Assembly (NCBI GenBank): GCA_043228905.1
Contig: JBHGNT010000006.1
Span: 7,316,001 to 7,380,000, forward strand
From: Azolla caroliniana
Lineage: Eukaryota; Plantae; Polypodiophyta
Reading direction: 5' to 3'
Length of the DNA stretch: 64,000 bases
Every line of letters begins with the position of its first letter. Positions within the stretch are counted from its first letter, which is position 1. Below the pieces are notes generated by a model. The model was not told where the DNA came from and searched no databases. It saw only the letters and a program-made list of their open reading frames with translations. A program made the position numbers and the translations under genes. Below are positions 1 through 11,366 of this stretch, piece after piece.

Positions 1-82
1 ATAGAGTGTCAGATAGTATTCATAGTACTAATAGCCCAAGTATCTCAAATAAATTTGAAATCCTTAGTCAATTAGATGAAGA

Positions 83-127
83 GTTAAACGATTGAGTCCA
101 GCCAAAATAGGAGCCATTTGGTTGGAC
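83..127 (+). promoter_or_regulatory. Putative -1 ribosomal frameshift cassette (G_TTA_AAC, 6-nt spacer, stem-loop)
   Basis: Lies in the short gag/pol overlap (80-95). Stem GTCCAGCCAAA/TTTGGTTGGAC. Same cassette conserved at 44370-44414. Confidence 0.7.
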
Positions 128-3100
128 AACAGCCCTAGATCTGTACAGCCCATTAGTGGTTCCATTCCTTCCAAGCAAGTTAGCAATGTGTTCCTAGCCC
201 AAGTCATCGTTAGTACTAAAAGTACTCCCCCAGTACCCGTCCTAGCACTTTTAGATTCCGGAGCTAATTCCTGTTTCATGGATCGAAATTTTGCCCAAGC
301 TTCTCAGATATCCTTAAGAAAACTTCCTTGTCCCGCATCTGTAGTGGTCATTGATGGTCGTCCCATTGCTTCCGGGAATATTGTAGAAGAATCAGAACCC
401 ATTCAAGTTGTCCTAGGTAGTTTTGTGTGTATAATATCATTTAATATAATTAGTAGTCCAGAGCATCCCATTGTCCTAGGATTACCTTGGCTTGAATTAC
501 ATAATCCAGCCATAGATTGGAGAACAAGAGAAGTCCGATATCGACCACCCCAAGAATCAACTCACCGAGTTTCGACCATTTCACTCCATCAACTACGCGA
601 AGAAGGACCCAAAGAGGCAATGTTCCTATTTGCCATATCAGTACATCCTTCTAGCACTATTAAGAAGGACTCCTCAATACAACTTCCGGCAAAATATCAT
701 CCTTATGCCGATGTATTTGACAAGGTAAAAGCCGGTACCCTTCCTCATCACCGTCCCTATGACTGTCCCATCGATTTACAACCAGGAACCGAGCCACCAT
801 GGGGACCAATTTACAACTTGTCACCCACCGAGTTAGAAGTCCTTCGAGCCTACATAGAGGAGAACTTGGCAAGCGGGTTCATCCGTCATTCGAAATCTCC
901 GGCCGGTGCACCCATCTTCTTTGTCAAGAAGAAAGATGGCTCACTTCGTCTTGTCGTTGATTACCGCGGATTGAATAAAGTCACCATCCGGAATAGGTAT
1001 GCACTTCCTCTTATATCAAGTCTTTTAGAGCGAGTTAATGGTGCCAAGTTTTTTACTAAAATCGACCTACGAGGAGCGTATAATCTCGTGCGGATCCGAC
1101 CGGGAGATGAGTGGAAGACCGCTTTTCGCACGCGGTATGGGCATTTCGAGTATACTGTTATGCCGTTTGGCCTAACCAATGCACCCGCAGTCTTCCAACA
1201 CATGGCAAATGATATATTCAGAGACCTCTTGGATATCTGTTTGATCATTTATCTGGATGATCTGTTGATTTATTCGAAGACCCAGGAAGAGCACGATTCT
1301 CATGTACTATTAGTACTAAAGCGACTCCGCGAGAATGGTCTTTATGCCAAGCTAGAGAAATGTAGCTTTGACTGCAAGCAAGTGGAATTTCTAGGCTACG
1401 TCATCTCCTCAAAGGGCATCGCCATGGATCCAGCTAAAATCCAAACTGTACTAGAGTGGCAAATTCCACGGTCGGTACGAGATGTACAATGTTTTCTAGG
1501 CTTTGCTAACTTCTACCGTAAGTTTATACAGGATTACTCGAAGATTATTTTACCTCTCACACAACTTACGAAGAAGGGCCAAGCATTTCTTTGGTCCATC
1601 GAAGCAGATATGGCTTTTCGGCATCTTAAGAAAGCCTTTACATCAGCACCGATTCTAGCTCATGTGGATACAAGCAAACCATTCATCATGGAGGCCGACG
1701 CATCAGATTTCGCCCTCGGTAGCATCCTTTCTCAACAAGGCGATAAAGAAGAGTTGCATCCGGTGGCTTTCCATTCGCGCAAATTCAATGTCGCAGAAAT
1801 CAACTACGAAATACATGACAAGGAGTTATTAGCCATCGTGGATTCATTTGTACAATGGCGGCATTTCTTAGAGGGCTCTCCACATCAGGTCATTGTCTTT
1901 AGCGATCATAAAAATCTTGCTTATTTTCAGAACGCTCGCGTACTAAATCGACGGCAAGCTCGGTGGGCGCAATTCCTCACGTGTTTCAACTTCGAAATCA
2001 CATATCGACCGGGGAAGCAGCAAGGAAAAGCAGATGCACTATCACGGCGTTCATATCTTGCACCTCGTCCTGGTGACGCAACATTTGATAATCAGAAGCA
2101 AGTAATCTTGGGACCAACACGATTGCACACGACGCGGATTTTTCACACCCCGATGGATTCACGGATTACCGATGACATACGTGCAACTTTGAAGACGGAT
2201 AGTTTTGCTCAAGACATCCTGGCGCACATTGATACTTCTCGGGCATCCTGTTCTCAGTCTCAACAACCAGGTATTGACTACCGACAATTCGAATATCATG
2301 ATGGTTTGTTATTCTTTAAAAAGCGCGTATATGTCCCCGATTGCTCCTGTCGCCTTCAAATAGTCCAACATTGTCACGACACCCATACGGCGGGACATTT
2401 CGGTAGTACCAAGACGTTGGAGTTAGTGCAGCGATCTTTTTGGTGGCCCCACATGCGCCGTTTTGTCGACGACTACGTTCGGACCTGTGATGCTTGCTGC
2501 CGAGCAAAGATGCCACGACACCATCCATATGGCTTGTTGGAACCTTTACCAATTCCAAGTAAGCCATGGCAGTCTATTTGTCTTGATTTTATTACAGATC
2601 TGCCAGTCTCGAAGGGGTTCGATGCTATCCTAACCGTCGTCGATCGATATACGAAGATGGCACATTTTGTGCCATGTACTAAAGCCATCACTAGCGAGGA
2701 AACCGCCGCTCTTGTTATGCGTGAGGTATTTCGGCATCATGGCCTACCAGACAGTATTATCAGTGACCGAGGCCCGCAATTTGTCTCCAAATTTTGGCAG
2801 CATCTCTTCAGGATGCTCAAGGTCTCCTGCAACCTCTCCTCCGGCTACCATCCTCAAACTGACGGACAGGCGGAACGAACAAACCAAACGTTGGAGCAAT
2901 ATCTCCGGTGTTTCCTGAGTTATCAACAGGACGATTGGGCCGAGATTCTCCACTTTGCGGAGTTTGCGTATAATAATGCTATTCACTCCTCGACTCGGGT
3001 CTCCCCATTTCTCGCTTATACCGGTTTCCATCCTCGCTGGTCGGTGATCGACACTCCGGAGCTACCTACCAACCCTCGTGCCGAGGACCATTTGGAGAGG

Positions 3101-3664
3101 CTACGCAAGATCCAGATGGATCTCTCTACTCACCTTCGTCATGCTCAACACACACAGAAGACTTATGCGGATCGTCATCGGATTCCCTCCTCTTTTGCCA
3201 TCGGAGATCGAGTATGGCTCTTACGTCGTCACATCAAGACTACTCGACCGTGCGACAAGTTGGATTATCGACGACTCGGTCCTTTCCGTATTACGGGGAA
3301 GATTAATGATGTCACCTTCCGTCTGGATCTCCCTCCGCAGCTTCAGATACATCCGGTTTTCCATTGTTCTCTTCTTGAACCTTATAAAGCAAACACCATT
3401 CCCGATCGTGTGACACCACCGCCGCCCCCGTTGGAGTTGGACGCCGGCCCGGAGTATGAAGTTGTTGCCATCCTCGATTCCAAACTTGTTCGCAACAAAC
3501 TTTATTACTTGGTCGATTGGCTCGGTTATAGTCCGAGCGAATGTACTTGGGAACCCGTCGAGAATGTTGCCAATGCACAAGATCTTCTTGCTGATTTCCA
3601 CCGAAAGTATCCGGACAAACCCGGTCCGCAATTAGCGCCGACTCGTTCCACTCGTCGTCTTTAA
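92..3664 (+). CDS. pol: Ty3/gypsy chromovirus (Tcn1-like) Pol: protease, RT, RNase H, integrase, chromodomain; intact, probably reached by -1 frameshift from gag
   Basis: Uninterrupted 1190-aa ORF with LLDSGA (PR), YLDD (RT), DASD (RH), HHCC zinc finger and D..D..E (IN), GPF module and C-terminal chromodomain (EYEVVAILDSK..YYLVDWLGY..TWEP). The gag frame ends ..EELND* at 93-95. Confidence 0.95.
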   Translation: MSPAKIGAIWLDNSPRSVQPISGSIPSKQVSNVFLAQVIVSTKSTPPVPVLALLDSGANSCFMDRNFAQASQISLRKLPCPASVVVIDGRPIASGNIVEESEPIQVVLGSFVCIISFNIISSPEHPIVLGLPWLELHNPAIDWRTREVRYRPPQESTHRVSTISLHQLREEGPKEAMFLFAISVHPSSTIKKDSSIQLPAKYHPYADVFDKVKAGTLPHHRPYDCPIDLQPGTEPPWGPIYNLSPTELEVLRAYIEENLASGFIRHSKSPAGAPIFFVKKKDGSLRLVVDYRGLNKVTIRNRYALPLISSLLERVNGAKFFTKIDLRGAYNLVRIRPGDEWKTAFRTRYGHFEYTVMPFGLTNAPAVFQHMANDIFRDLLDICLIIYLDDLLIYSKTQEEHDSHVLLVLKRLRENGLYAKLEKCSFDCKQVEFLGYVISSKGIAMDPAKIQTVLEWQIPRSVRDVQCFLGFANFYRKFIQDYSKIILPLTQLTKKGQAFLWSIEADMAFRHLKKAFTSAPILAHVDTSKPFIMEADASDFALGSILSQQGDKEELHPVAFHSRKFNVAEINYEIHDKELLAIVDSFVQWRHFLEGSPHQVIVFSDHKNLAYFQNARVLNRRQARWAQFLTCFNFEITYRPGKQQGKADALSRRSYLAPRPGDATFDNQKQVILGPTRLHTTRIFHTPMDSRITDDIRATLKTDSFAQDILAHIDTSRASCSQSQQPGIDYRQFEYHDGLLFFKKRVYVPDCSCRLQIVQHCHDTHTAGHFGSTKTLELVQRSFWWPHMRRFVDDYVRTCDACCRAKMPRHHPYGLLEPLPIPSKPWQSICLDFITDLPVSKGFDAILTVVDRYTKMAHFVPCTKAITSEETAALVMREVFRHHGLPDSIISDRGPQFVSKFWQHLFRMLKVSCNLSSGYHPQTDGQAERTNQTLEQYLRCFLSYQQDDWAEILHFAEFAYNNAIHSSTRVSPFLAYTGFHPRWSVIDTPELPTNPRAEDHLERLRKIQMDLSTHLRHAQHTQKTYADRHRIPSSFAIGDRVWLLRRHIKTTRPCDKLDYRRLGPFRITGKINDVTFRLDLPPQLQIHPVFHCSLLEPYKANTIPDRVTPPPPPLELDAGPEYEVVAILDSKLVRNKLYYLVDWLGYSPSECTWEPVENVANAQDLLADFHRKYPDKPGPQLAPTRSTRRL

Positions 3665-3675
3665 GGGGGAGATAG

Positions 3676-4105
3676 TGTCATGGCAAGACTCGAACCCATG
3701 ACTTTATGCTACATGGGTCGAGCTCTTATTATTAGATTATGAATTGTATTTTGTAGGATATTATTTCCATTTATACTTTATCATAGAAAATTGATGTATA
3801 TTCCAGATCTCTCTGGAACATTCTAGAAGCTTCAGGATTATTCCTAAAAACACTATAAAAGGAGGCACAAGGCATTGTTTTGAACCAAATTGGTTCAACA
3901 CCAGTCTTAAGCCTCTTAGTCGATTTGTACTTATCTTTCATATAATATAAGAGCTGCTGTCATCATTCTATTTCCCTCTCTCTCCTCTTCTCACTTCCTC
4001 TCTCTCGGGAATCTTACGCAGTCCCGTCCTCTTAGTACTAATAGTACTACTCTTAGTACTCTTCTTAGTACTAATTCCATCTCTGTTTTAGTACTATTCC
4101 TGACA
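3676..4105 (+). repeat. 3' LTR of Tcn1-like element #1 (430 bp)
   Basis: TGTCA...TGACA termini, directly after the PPT, TATA-like CTATAAAA inside; shares motifs with LTRs at 42721 and 56279. Confidence 0.9.
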
Positions 4106-4656
4106 GAAACCTCCCAATTTGGAGCCACTCCCCGTCGTGCCTGCTTTCGTCAAATTCGTTAAGTGCCGGAGCGTCCCCTTTCCTCGTCGTCACGTTAGCC
4201 GACCCGAAGAAGTCCTTGCCGACTTCTTCGTCATCTGAAACCATGCCGTCTTCGTCGTTGAACCTCGCTCTCGAAAGCATGTCGGCCATGGCGTTAGGGT
4301 GAAAGCATGCGAGTGGAAACAATTAGCTATGTCCTTGACATAGCTAATTAGCTATGCAAAAAGCTACCATTGATAAATAGTCATTTTAGTAAAAAGCCAT
4401 CATTAATAAATTAAGTATGCAAAAAACTACCATTGAAAATACTAGAGTGTTTTAATTACATATGTAAATGAGTGCCATAAATGTGCAACATAAATTGATG
4501 TGTGCACCATAAATGTGTACCATAAATTATATATCGAATTCCTAGGTCCATTATGCATGATCCTTTGCCACATCACGTAGGCCATCTCTAGTTGAGTACT
4601 GTGGGTTAGTTGCTACAGCTTACCACTGTTGCTAAACCCTATCGAGTCCACCTGCC

Positions 4657-5400
4657 GCCACTCTACACTGAGGGGCTGCTACTGTGCGTTCCAAGCATCA
4701 TCAAAGAGCTGCTCAATCTGACGGGGTTCTCTTCTCTGTGACACTCTACACTCAGGGGCCACTATTGTGCATTCCAAGCATCATCAAAGAGTTGTTCAAT
4801 CTGACGGGGTTCTCTTCTCTGTGCCACTCTACACTCAGGGGCCATTACTGTGCGTTCCAAGCATCATCAAAGAGCTGTTCAATCTGAGGGGGTTCTCTTC
4901 TCTGTGCCACTCTACACTCAGGGGCCATTACTGTGCGTTCCAAGCATCATCAAAGAGCTGTTCAATCTGAGGGGGTTCTCTTCTCTGTGCCACTCTACAC
5001 TCAGGGGCCGCTGCTGTGCGTTCCAAGCATCATCAAAGAGTTGTTCAATCTGACGGGGTTCTCTTCTCTTTGCCACTCTACACTCAGGGGTTGCTACTGT
5101 GCGTTCCAAGCATAATCGAAGAGCTATTCAATCTGACGGGGTTCTCTTCTCTTTTCCACTCTCACTCAGGGGCCGCTACTGTGCGTTTCAAGCATCATTG
5201 GTAACTGTTCAATCTGACGGGGTTCTCTTCTCTTTTCCACTCTCACTCAGGGGCCGCTACTGTGCGTTTCAAGCATCATTGGTAACTGTTCAATCTGACG
5301 GGGTTCTCTTCTCTATGCCACTCTATTCTCAAGTGCCTTCTATGTGCGTTTCAAGCATCATCGGTAACTGTTCAATCTGACGGGGTTCTCTCCTCCATTG
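4657..5400. repeat. Tandem array of about 9 x 83-bp (later 81-bp) units inside the left arm of the transposon
   Basis: Unit CCACTCTACACTCAGGGGCC..TGTGCGTTCCAAGCATCATCAAAGAGCTGTTCAATCTGACGGGGTTCTCTTCTCT recurs with starts at 4684, 4767, 4850, 4933, 5016, 5099. Confidence 0.95.
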
Positions 5401-5726
5401 CCATCATTCTATACTCAGTTGCCACTACTGTCCAGTCCCGGATTGCTTCCACATTTCGATTTGACGGAGTTCACTCATCCAACGGCAACATTCTACACTC
5501 AGTTGTTGCCATTGGTCGGTCTTGGATCGCCTCCTCAACTGTTGGATCCAACAGAGTGAAATCCTCTACTGTTCGGTCTTGGATTGCAATAACTTTTCTG
5601 TCTATTGATTATCTTGTGTATTGTTGTGTCTAATCTTGTGTATTGTGTGGAATATTTTTGTGTATTGTTGTTGCCCATAGCCATCTTTAATACTTGTTTT
5701 TTTTTCTGGAAATTTAGGGTTTTAAC

Positions 5727-8700
5727 ATGTCTAGCCAAATGGAAGGGGAAGAAGGGTGTTTAGAATTACCCCTCAATGATCATAAGGATAGGGATGATGT
5801 TATCAGGACACAACAAGCCATACGAAACTATTGGGCAGAAAAAAAAAGGAAACATCGTCAATTGTTGAAGGATACGAAAGCCACACTCAGTAAAGGTAAG
5901 GATAGTTTAGATGAGAATGTAAGTAATGCGACTACCATCATAGAGAGAAAGGTTGTAGACTATTTCAATGTTCAAACCAAGCACATCAGCAATGAAGAAA
6001 AGAAGGTAGTACTTTATGGAATATGTAATGATCCATCGATAAAGGACTTAGTTGATTGTGATGGTCTTAATGCAAACATATCATCTATTTTAGTAAATAA
6101 TCTTCGTAATAGTTTCGTATCCATGAGCAGGTCAGAAGATGATCTTGTCTTAAAAAGGTCTAGTCTAATGATGTTACTTAATAGTGATGTTGACGATATA
6201 AACATCAGTGAGCTATCTAAGGTAATTGGTGTTAGTAGAAAAACAGTGTACAATACAATGAACCGTATAATTTCCTCGGGTGAAGGAACTAGTCTACTAA
6301 AGCTAACTACAAGATGTAAGCCAATGACACCCATAACATTTGAAATCAAGGATGTAATCACAATGTTTTGGACTAATGAGAGTAGGGTTTCACCCAATAA
6401 AAAGGATTTATGCAGGAAACGTGTTGGAAGAAATCAATACGAGGAGCATCCCATTCATCTTCTTGATGTGCCTCAGGTATTTACATTTATCTCAACATTT
6501 GTTTTGACTCTACTCGGAAAGTTAATTAGCTCAGTTAGCAGAAAAGCTAATTAGCTGTACTGCTAGCTAGTTAGCTATCATGGTAGCTAGTTAGCTATTT
6601 CGTTATTACCAGCTAATTAGCTACTAGGAAAGCTAATTAGCTACCATGATAGCTAATTAGCTACTATGATAGCTACTACATAGGTAACTGGCTACTCTCA
6701 ATAGCTACTACCATGATAGCTAATTAGTTAGGATAGCTAATTAGCCACCATTATAGCTAATTAGCTACTAGACCAGCTAATTAGCTACCATGATAGCTAA
6801 TTAGTTACTAGGACAGCTAATTAGCCACCGTGATAGCTAATTAGCTACCATGATAGCTAATTAGCTACTATACCAGCTAATTAGCTACCATGATAGCTAA
6901 TTAGTTACTAGGAAAGCTAATCAGCCACCATTATAGCTAATTAGCTACTAGACTAGCTAATTAGCTACCACGATAGCTAATTAGCTACTAGACCAGCTAA
7001 TTAGCTACCATGATAGCTAATTAGTTACTAGGAAAGCTAATTAGCCACCATGATAGCTAATTAGCTAGTAGACAAGCTAATTAGCCACCATGATAGCTAA
7101 TTAGCTACTAGGACAACTAATTAGCTACTATGACAGCTAATTAGCTACCATGATAGCTAATTAGCTACTACGACAGCTAATTAGCTACCATGATAGCTAA
7201 TTAGCTACTAGAATAGCTAATTAGCTACCATGATAGCTAATTAGCTAATACGACAGCTAATTAGCTACCATGATAGCTAATTAGCTACTAGGACAACCAA
7301 TTAGCTACTAGGACAGCTAATTAGCTACCATGATAGCTAATTAGCTACTACGACAGCTAATTAGCTACCATGATAGCTAATTAGCTACTAGAATAGCTAA
7401 TTAGCTACCATGATAGCTAATTAGCTACTACGACAGCTAATTAACTACCATGATAGCTAATTAGCTACTAGGACAGCTAATTAGCTACCATGATAGCTAA
7501 TTAGCTACTAGAATAGCTAATTAGCTACCATGATAGCTAATTAGCTACTACGACAGCTAATTAGCTACTAGGATAGTTAGCTAGTTACGAGAATAACTAA
7601 TTCCCCTTTATTACGCAGGTCGATTTATTTATTAGGTTCAAACGAATGCATCCAACTATCAAAGTTCAACTACGAACATTCGAGTCTCTTAAGCCACACT
7701 TTGTGAGACGCTTAAAGGATCGATACACATGTTGTTGCATTTACCATGTACAGATGGGTTTTCTGAAGGACTCTGTTAATCTACTACGTCACCATAGCGC
7801 ATCCCTAACTAATACAGTTTGCACATGTGGGTGCCAAATCTGTCGATCAAGCCCGCAAGAGGAGTGTAAATCATCTGAGCACGTTATCTCTTCCATGAGT
7901 TATTTATTAGATTCAATATTGTGTCCGAGAGAATCTGACGCTATCTTCCATATTCATAAATGTGTCATGGGTTTATGTCAAGATTGTGGCCCTACTAGAT
8001 TTAGGTGGTGTCCAAATGAATTGAGTAGTGAAATATTGATCTCTGTGAAGTTATTTGAGTCAGTGAACACCAATTTCGAAGGAAAGGTGTGTAAAAGAAA
8101 GGATCTAGTTCGGAAGATGCTTAAACCAAGGGATTTGGTGTCTCTGTTTGTAGTATCTCTAGGAAAGTTCATTAAACACAACTTCATTTATTCATGGCAG
8201 GCCCATCAGTTTAAGACTTGCATATCTGATTTCCCAAATGATGTAGTAGTCTCAGTAGTAGATTTCGCAGAGAATTATACTTTCAAGCAGCAGAATGAAA
8301 TTCAATCTATGCATTGGTGTTCAGTTCAGGTAACCATTTTTGTGCACATAACATATTTTCGAGTTTCAGGTGATGTTAAAAAAGTAATTCATTTCTTTAT
8401 TTCCGATGATAAGAAGCATGATACCTTGTTCGTCCAACACTGTTTTAAGTTACATTGGCAGTGGTTATTAGCTCAACGTTTGGAGCTTACTCAACATTGG
8501 GTCTGGTCTGACGGAGCTGCGTCACAATTCAAGGCTCGACGTCCGTTTTATTTTGTGGGGAGGTATCCTGCTATAACAGGTTTGGAGATGAGATGGAATT
8601 TTTTTGGGTCTGGCCATGGTAAAGGTGAACATGATGGTGCAGGGGCTGTTATAAAGCGGGCACTTACCCATGAACAACTAAAGACAGATGGTGTGCACAT

Positions 8701-9460
8701 GAATTGTGCATCACATGTAGTTGAATTTTTAAGAACAAATATGTCGACGAGTGCCACAGGTGTTTATTCCTCGCAAGTTCGAGATATCAAACGTGAATTT
8801 TGGGAAGTGAAGATAGATGAAGTAAATAGGGAGAAGACCTGGGAGTGCCAAGGAATTCCCGAATTGCGATCTCTGCATGCTGTTCGCGGTTATTCCAGGT
8901 TGGATGGTCATTGTATTGCGGTGAGAGAATTGACTTGTTTTTGCTTCCATTGTGTGCAGGGAAATTGGAGATATTGTCTAAACAAAGCATACATTCAGAA
9001 TTGGGAGTATCACACTCTGAATGATAAGGAAGCAGTTGATGGAGAAACAGGGCAGAATGCTGACTTCACATATGAGGGACTTGGAGATACTTTGAGTGAT
9101 GTCCTGAACGTTGGGGATAACTTCGCTGTAAATGCTGAAGAAGGCAATTCAGAGGGTGCTGATTTCTATATATTAAAGTGCACGGTTAGTAAACAGTGTG
9201 CAAGGCAGAATATTGTAGATGCATGGGGAAATTTTGTATCTGCCGGGACATTCTACATCGAAGGCATTTTTTATGCAAAACTAGATGACTACGAATATGT
9301 GTACAGGCTGTTAGAAGACAAACCAGCAGCGTATATGTACTCTCATTTGGTCAGATGCATCAACGTCCCAATGTCAGAATACAATAGCTGCTCCGGTTTA
9401 TACACTGTTGGTGCTAATGTGTATGAATGTATTTACAATAGTATGCCATGGAATTTGTAG
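5727..9460 (+). CDS. Sola2-like DDD transposase, 2 exons join(5727..6476,7619..9460), 863 aa
   Basis: Donor CAG|GTATTT at 6476/7 and acceptor TTACGCAG|G at 7618/9 join in frame (..LLDVPQ|VDLFIRFKRMHP..). HTH ISELSKVIGVSRKTVYN, Cys-rich region (CCCIYH), catalytic-type motifs VVDFAENY..EIQSMHW, WSDGAASQFK, FFGSGHGKGEHDG. Family assigned by motif recognition. Confidence 0.85.
6520..7590. repeat. Array of 14-bp palindrome TAGCTAATTAGCTA with ~6-nt linkers (~20-bp period) filling the transposase intron (6477-7618)
   Basis: Directly visible; linkers mainly CCATGA, CTAGGA, CTACGA, alternating into ~40-bp units. Confidence 0.95.
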
Positions 9461-9893
9461 CTACAAGTAGCACTTACCATGTTCTCTTGTAAAACAAACA
9501 TGTATTTCGCGAAAACAGATCAATAAATTCGTTTGGAATCAATTTCTTGTATACAGTCTGCTTTCTGTGCTTCTTTCTCAATAAAATCATGTCTTTTTTG
9601 TTAAGTTTTAAGTTATAAGTTATAGCGAAATAGTCATCAGTAGCTAATTAGCTGTACAAATGTATTTACAATAGTATGCCATGGAATTTGTAGCTACAAG
9701 TAGCACTTACCATGTTCTCTTGTAAAACAAACATGTATTTCGCGAAAACAGATCAATAAATTCGTTTGGAATCAATTTCTTGTATACAGTCTGCTTTCTG
9801 TGCTTCTTTCTCAATAAAATCATGTCTTTTTTGTTAAGTTTTAAATTATAAGTTATAGCGAAATAGTCATCAGTAGCTAATTAGCTGTACAAA
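9428..9893. repeat. 233-bp tandem duplication covering the transposase stop codon and 3' UTR
   Basis: 9428-9660 and 9661-9893 are near identical. Confidence 0.9.
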
Positions 9894-10062
9894 TGCAGCT
9901 AATTAGCTGTACAAATGTAGCTAATTAGCTGTCAATAGCTAAATAGTCATCAATAGAATGAAATCAACAATCTGCAACATATTCCTCAAATTACATAGTA
10001 GATAAGTACAGTGGGAACAAGTAATTAAATTCTTCATTGAATAATGTCATCTCTTTACATAT

Positions 10063-11117
10063 TTATAAATTACCATTGGAAATGTCTACAAATCTCCTAT
10101 AAACAGCTAAGCTCTTGCTAGTCAGTGGAACGAGTCTACATATATTATCCGCATATTGAGCTCGGTATGGAGTCCACAACCATGCACCTAGTTGGCAGCT
10201 CACTGTTTGCACCAGGTACTGTTCAGGCATTTCCTCGGGTAGAATGAGACAGCATCTCCGAATATTGAAGTAGTGTCGGAAATGTTCTGTATCCAAAATC
10301 AATGTATTGTCAGCATTATATTCAGGCCAAGTAGCCCAAAAATCAGAAAGCCTCTTGAATCTTGCAGCTTCCATCTGCTCACAATTTTCTCGTGCCCATT
10401 GACCTTTAAAACGACTTCGCCATTTTGGGAAGAATCTTGCCAAACACTTCCACACATCTGATTTTGGTTTCTCACTCCAAATAAACAAATCGAAGTACTC
10501 CGCAGCCCACTCTAGAAACTGATTTGCGTCCCTCCTTGGCTGCATATATCTCACACTCATCAAGACTTTATCCAGCTCCAAGATCAAGGCTCTTCGCTCG
10601 ACTTCTAGTGGTTTAGGTTTCCATTCCTGAAACTGAGCCGCTGTTACACCATTTTCTGGTAGGATACGATCAATCTCAATCAGCTCAGGTTCGGCTGACA
10701 CAACTGGTGTCCTTTTCCTCTTTAAACCCCTAGTCGACTGTGTTGGGCCTAGCTTCACATTCTGGTGCTCTTGTTTTGTCGACTTAGTTATCAATCCTTG
10801 GATTACCTCAGTGCATGTAGCTACTGTTCTGCTCGATATCAATCCACTGGTATCACATGCTGCATCTACCTGCAACACCAAGTCATCCGTGCTACATGCT
10901 GCATCTACCTGCAACACCAAGTCATCCGTGCTACATGCTGCATCTACCTGCAACACCAAGTCATCCGTGCTACATGCTTGATCAACTTGTGTGACCAGAT
11001 CACTTGTGTCAGTTGCTACATCTACTTTCAAGATGGGGCCCTTTAAACATGCCGCAACATCAACAGTATCCACACTGCCATTGGCCTTACGAGCAATAGA
11101 ATCAAACCCTTTAGACT
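10063..11117 (-). CDS. Cargo ORF/exon: 13-aa repeats, NLS-like KRKR and FCP1/SCP (NIF) HAD-like domain with degenerate catalytic motif
   Basis: ALILELDKVL..PRRDANQFLEWAAEYFDLFIWS..FKRLSDFW..YNADNTLILD follows the NIF-domain pattern. Good acceptor TTGCAG at 11118. Upstream exon link uncertain. Confidence 0.65.
10850..10985 (-). repeat. 39-bp coding tandem repeat (DAACSTDDLVLQV x3+)
   Basis: Seen in both DNA and translation. Confidence 0.9.
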
Positions 11118-11366
11118 CTGCAACATCAGAAAACACCAACATATTCACACTCACAAAGTAACTACTAGTCTCACAAAACAATATCCTGAACATCAAAGAG
11201 TTTCAGTCATAGAACAACACTCTTCAAATTATCTTGGAAAAACATCATAGAGTTCCATTACATAATGTGGATCAAGCAACAACCAATCTGAGGTTTTACT
11301 TGTCCAACAGGATAGTAAAACTTCATAAAACCCTAGCAAAATCCCTAAGCTAACAATCATATCCAA

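Larger units (their letters stand above)
1..4105 (+). mobile_element. Tcn1-like LTR retrotransposon #1 (5' part outside window), inserted in gypsy element C
   Basis: pol ORF, PPT AAGGGGGAGATAG (3663-3675) and 3' LTR. Sequence after 4105 is pol of another gypsy family on the minus strand. Confidence 0.9.

Noticed and set aside
4657-5400. 83-bp array and its short ORFs as CRISPR or peptide genes
   Set aside because: Whole units are repeated with no unique spacers; the ORFs shift frame each unit and have non-ATG starts.
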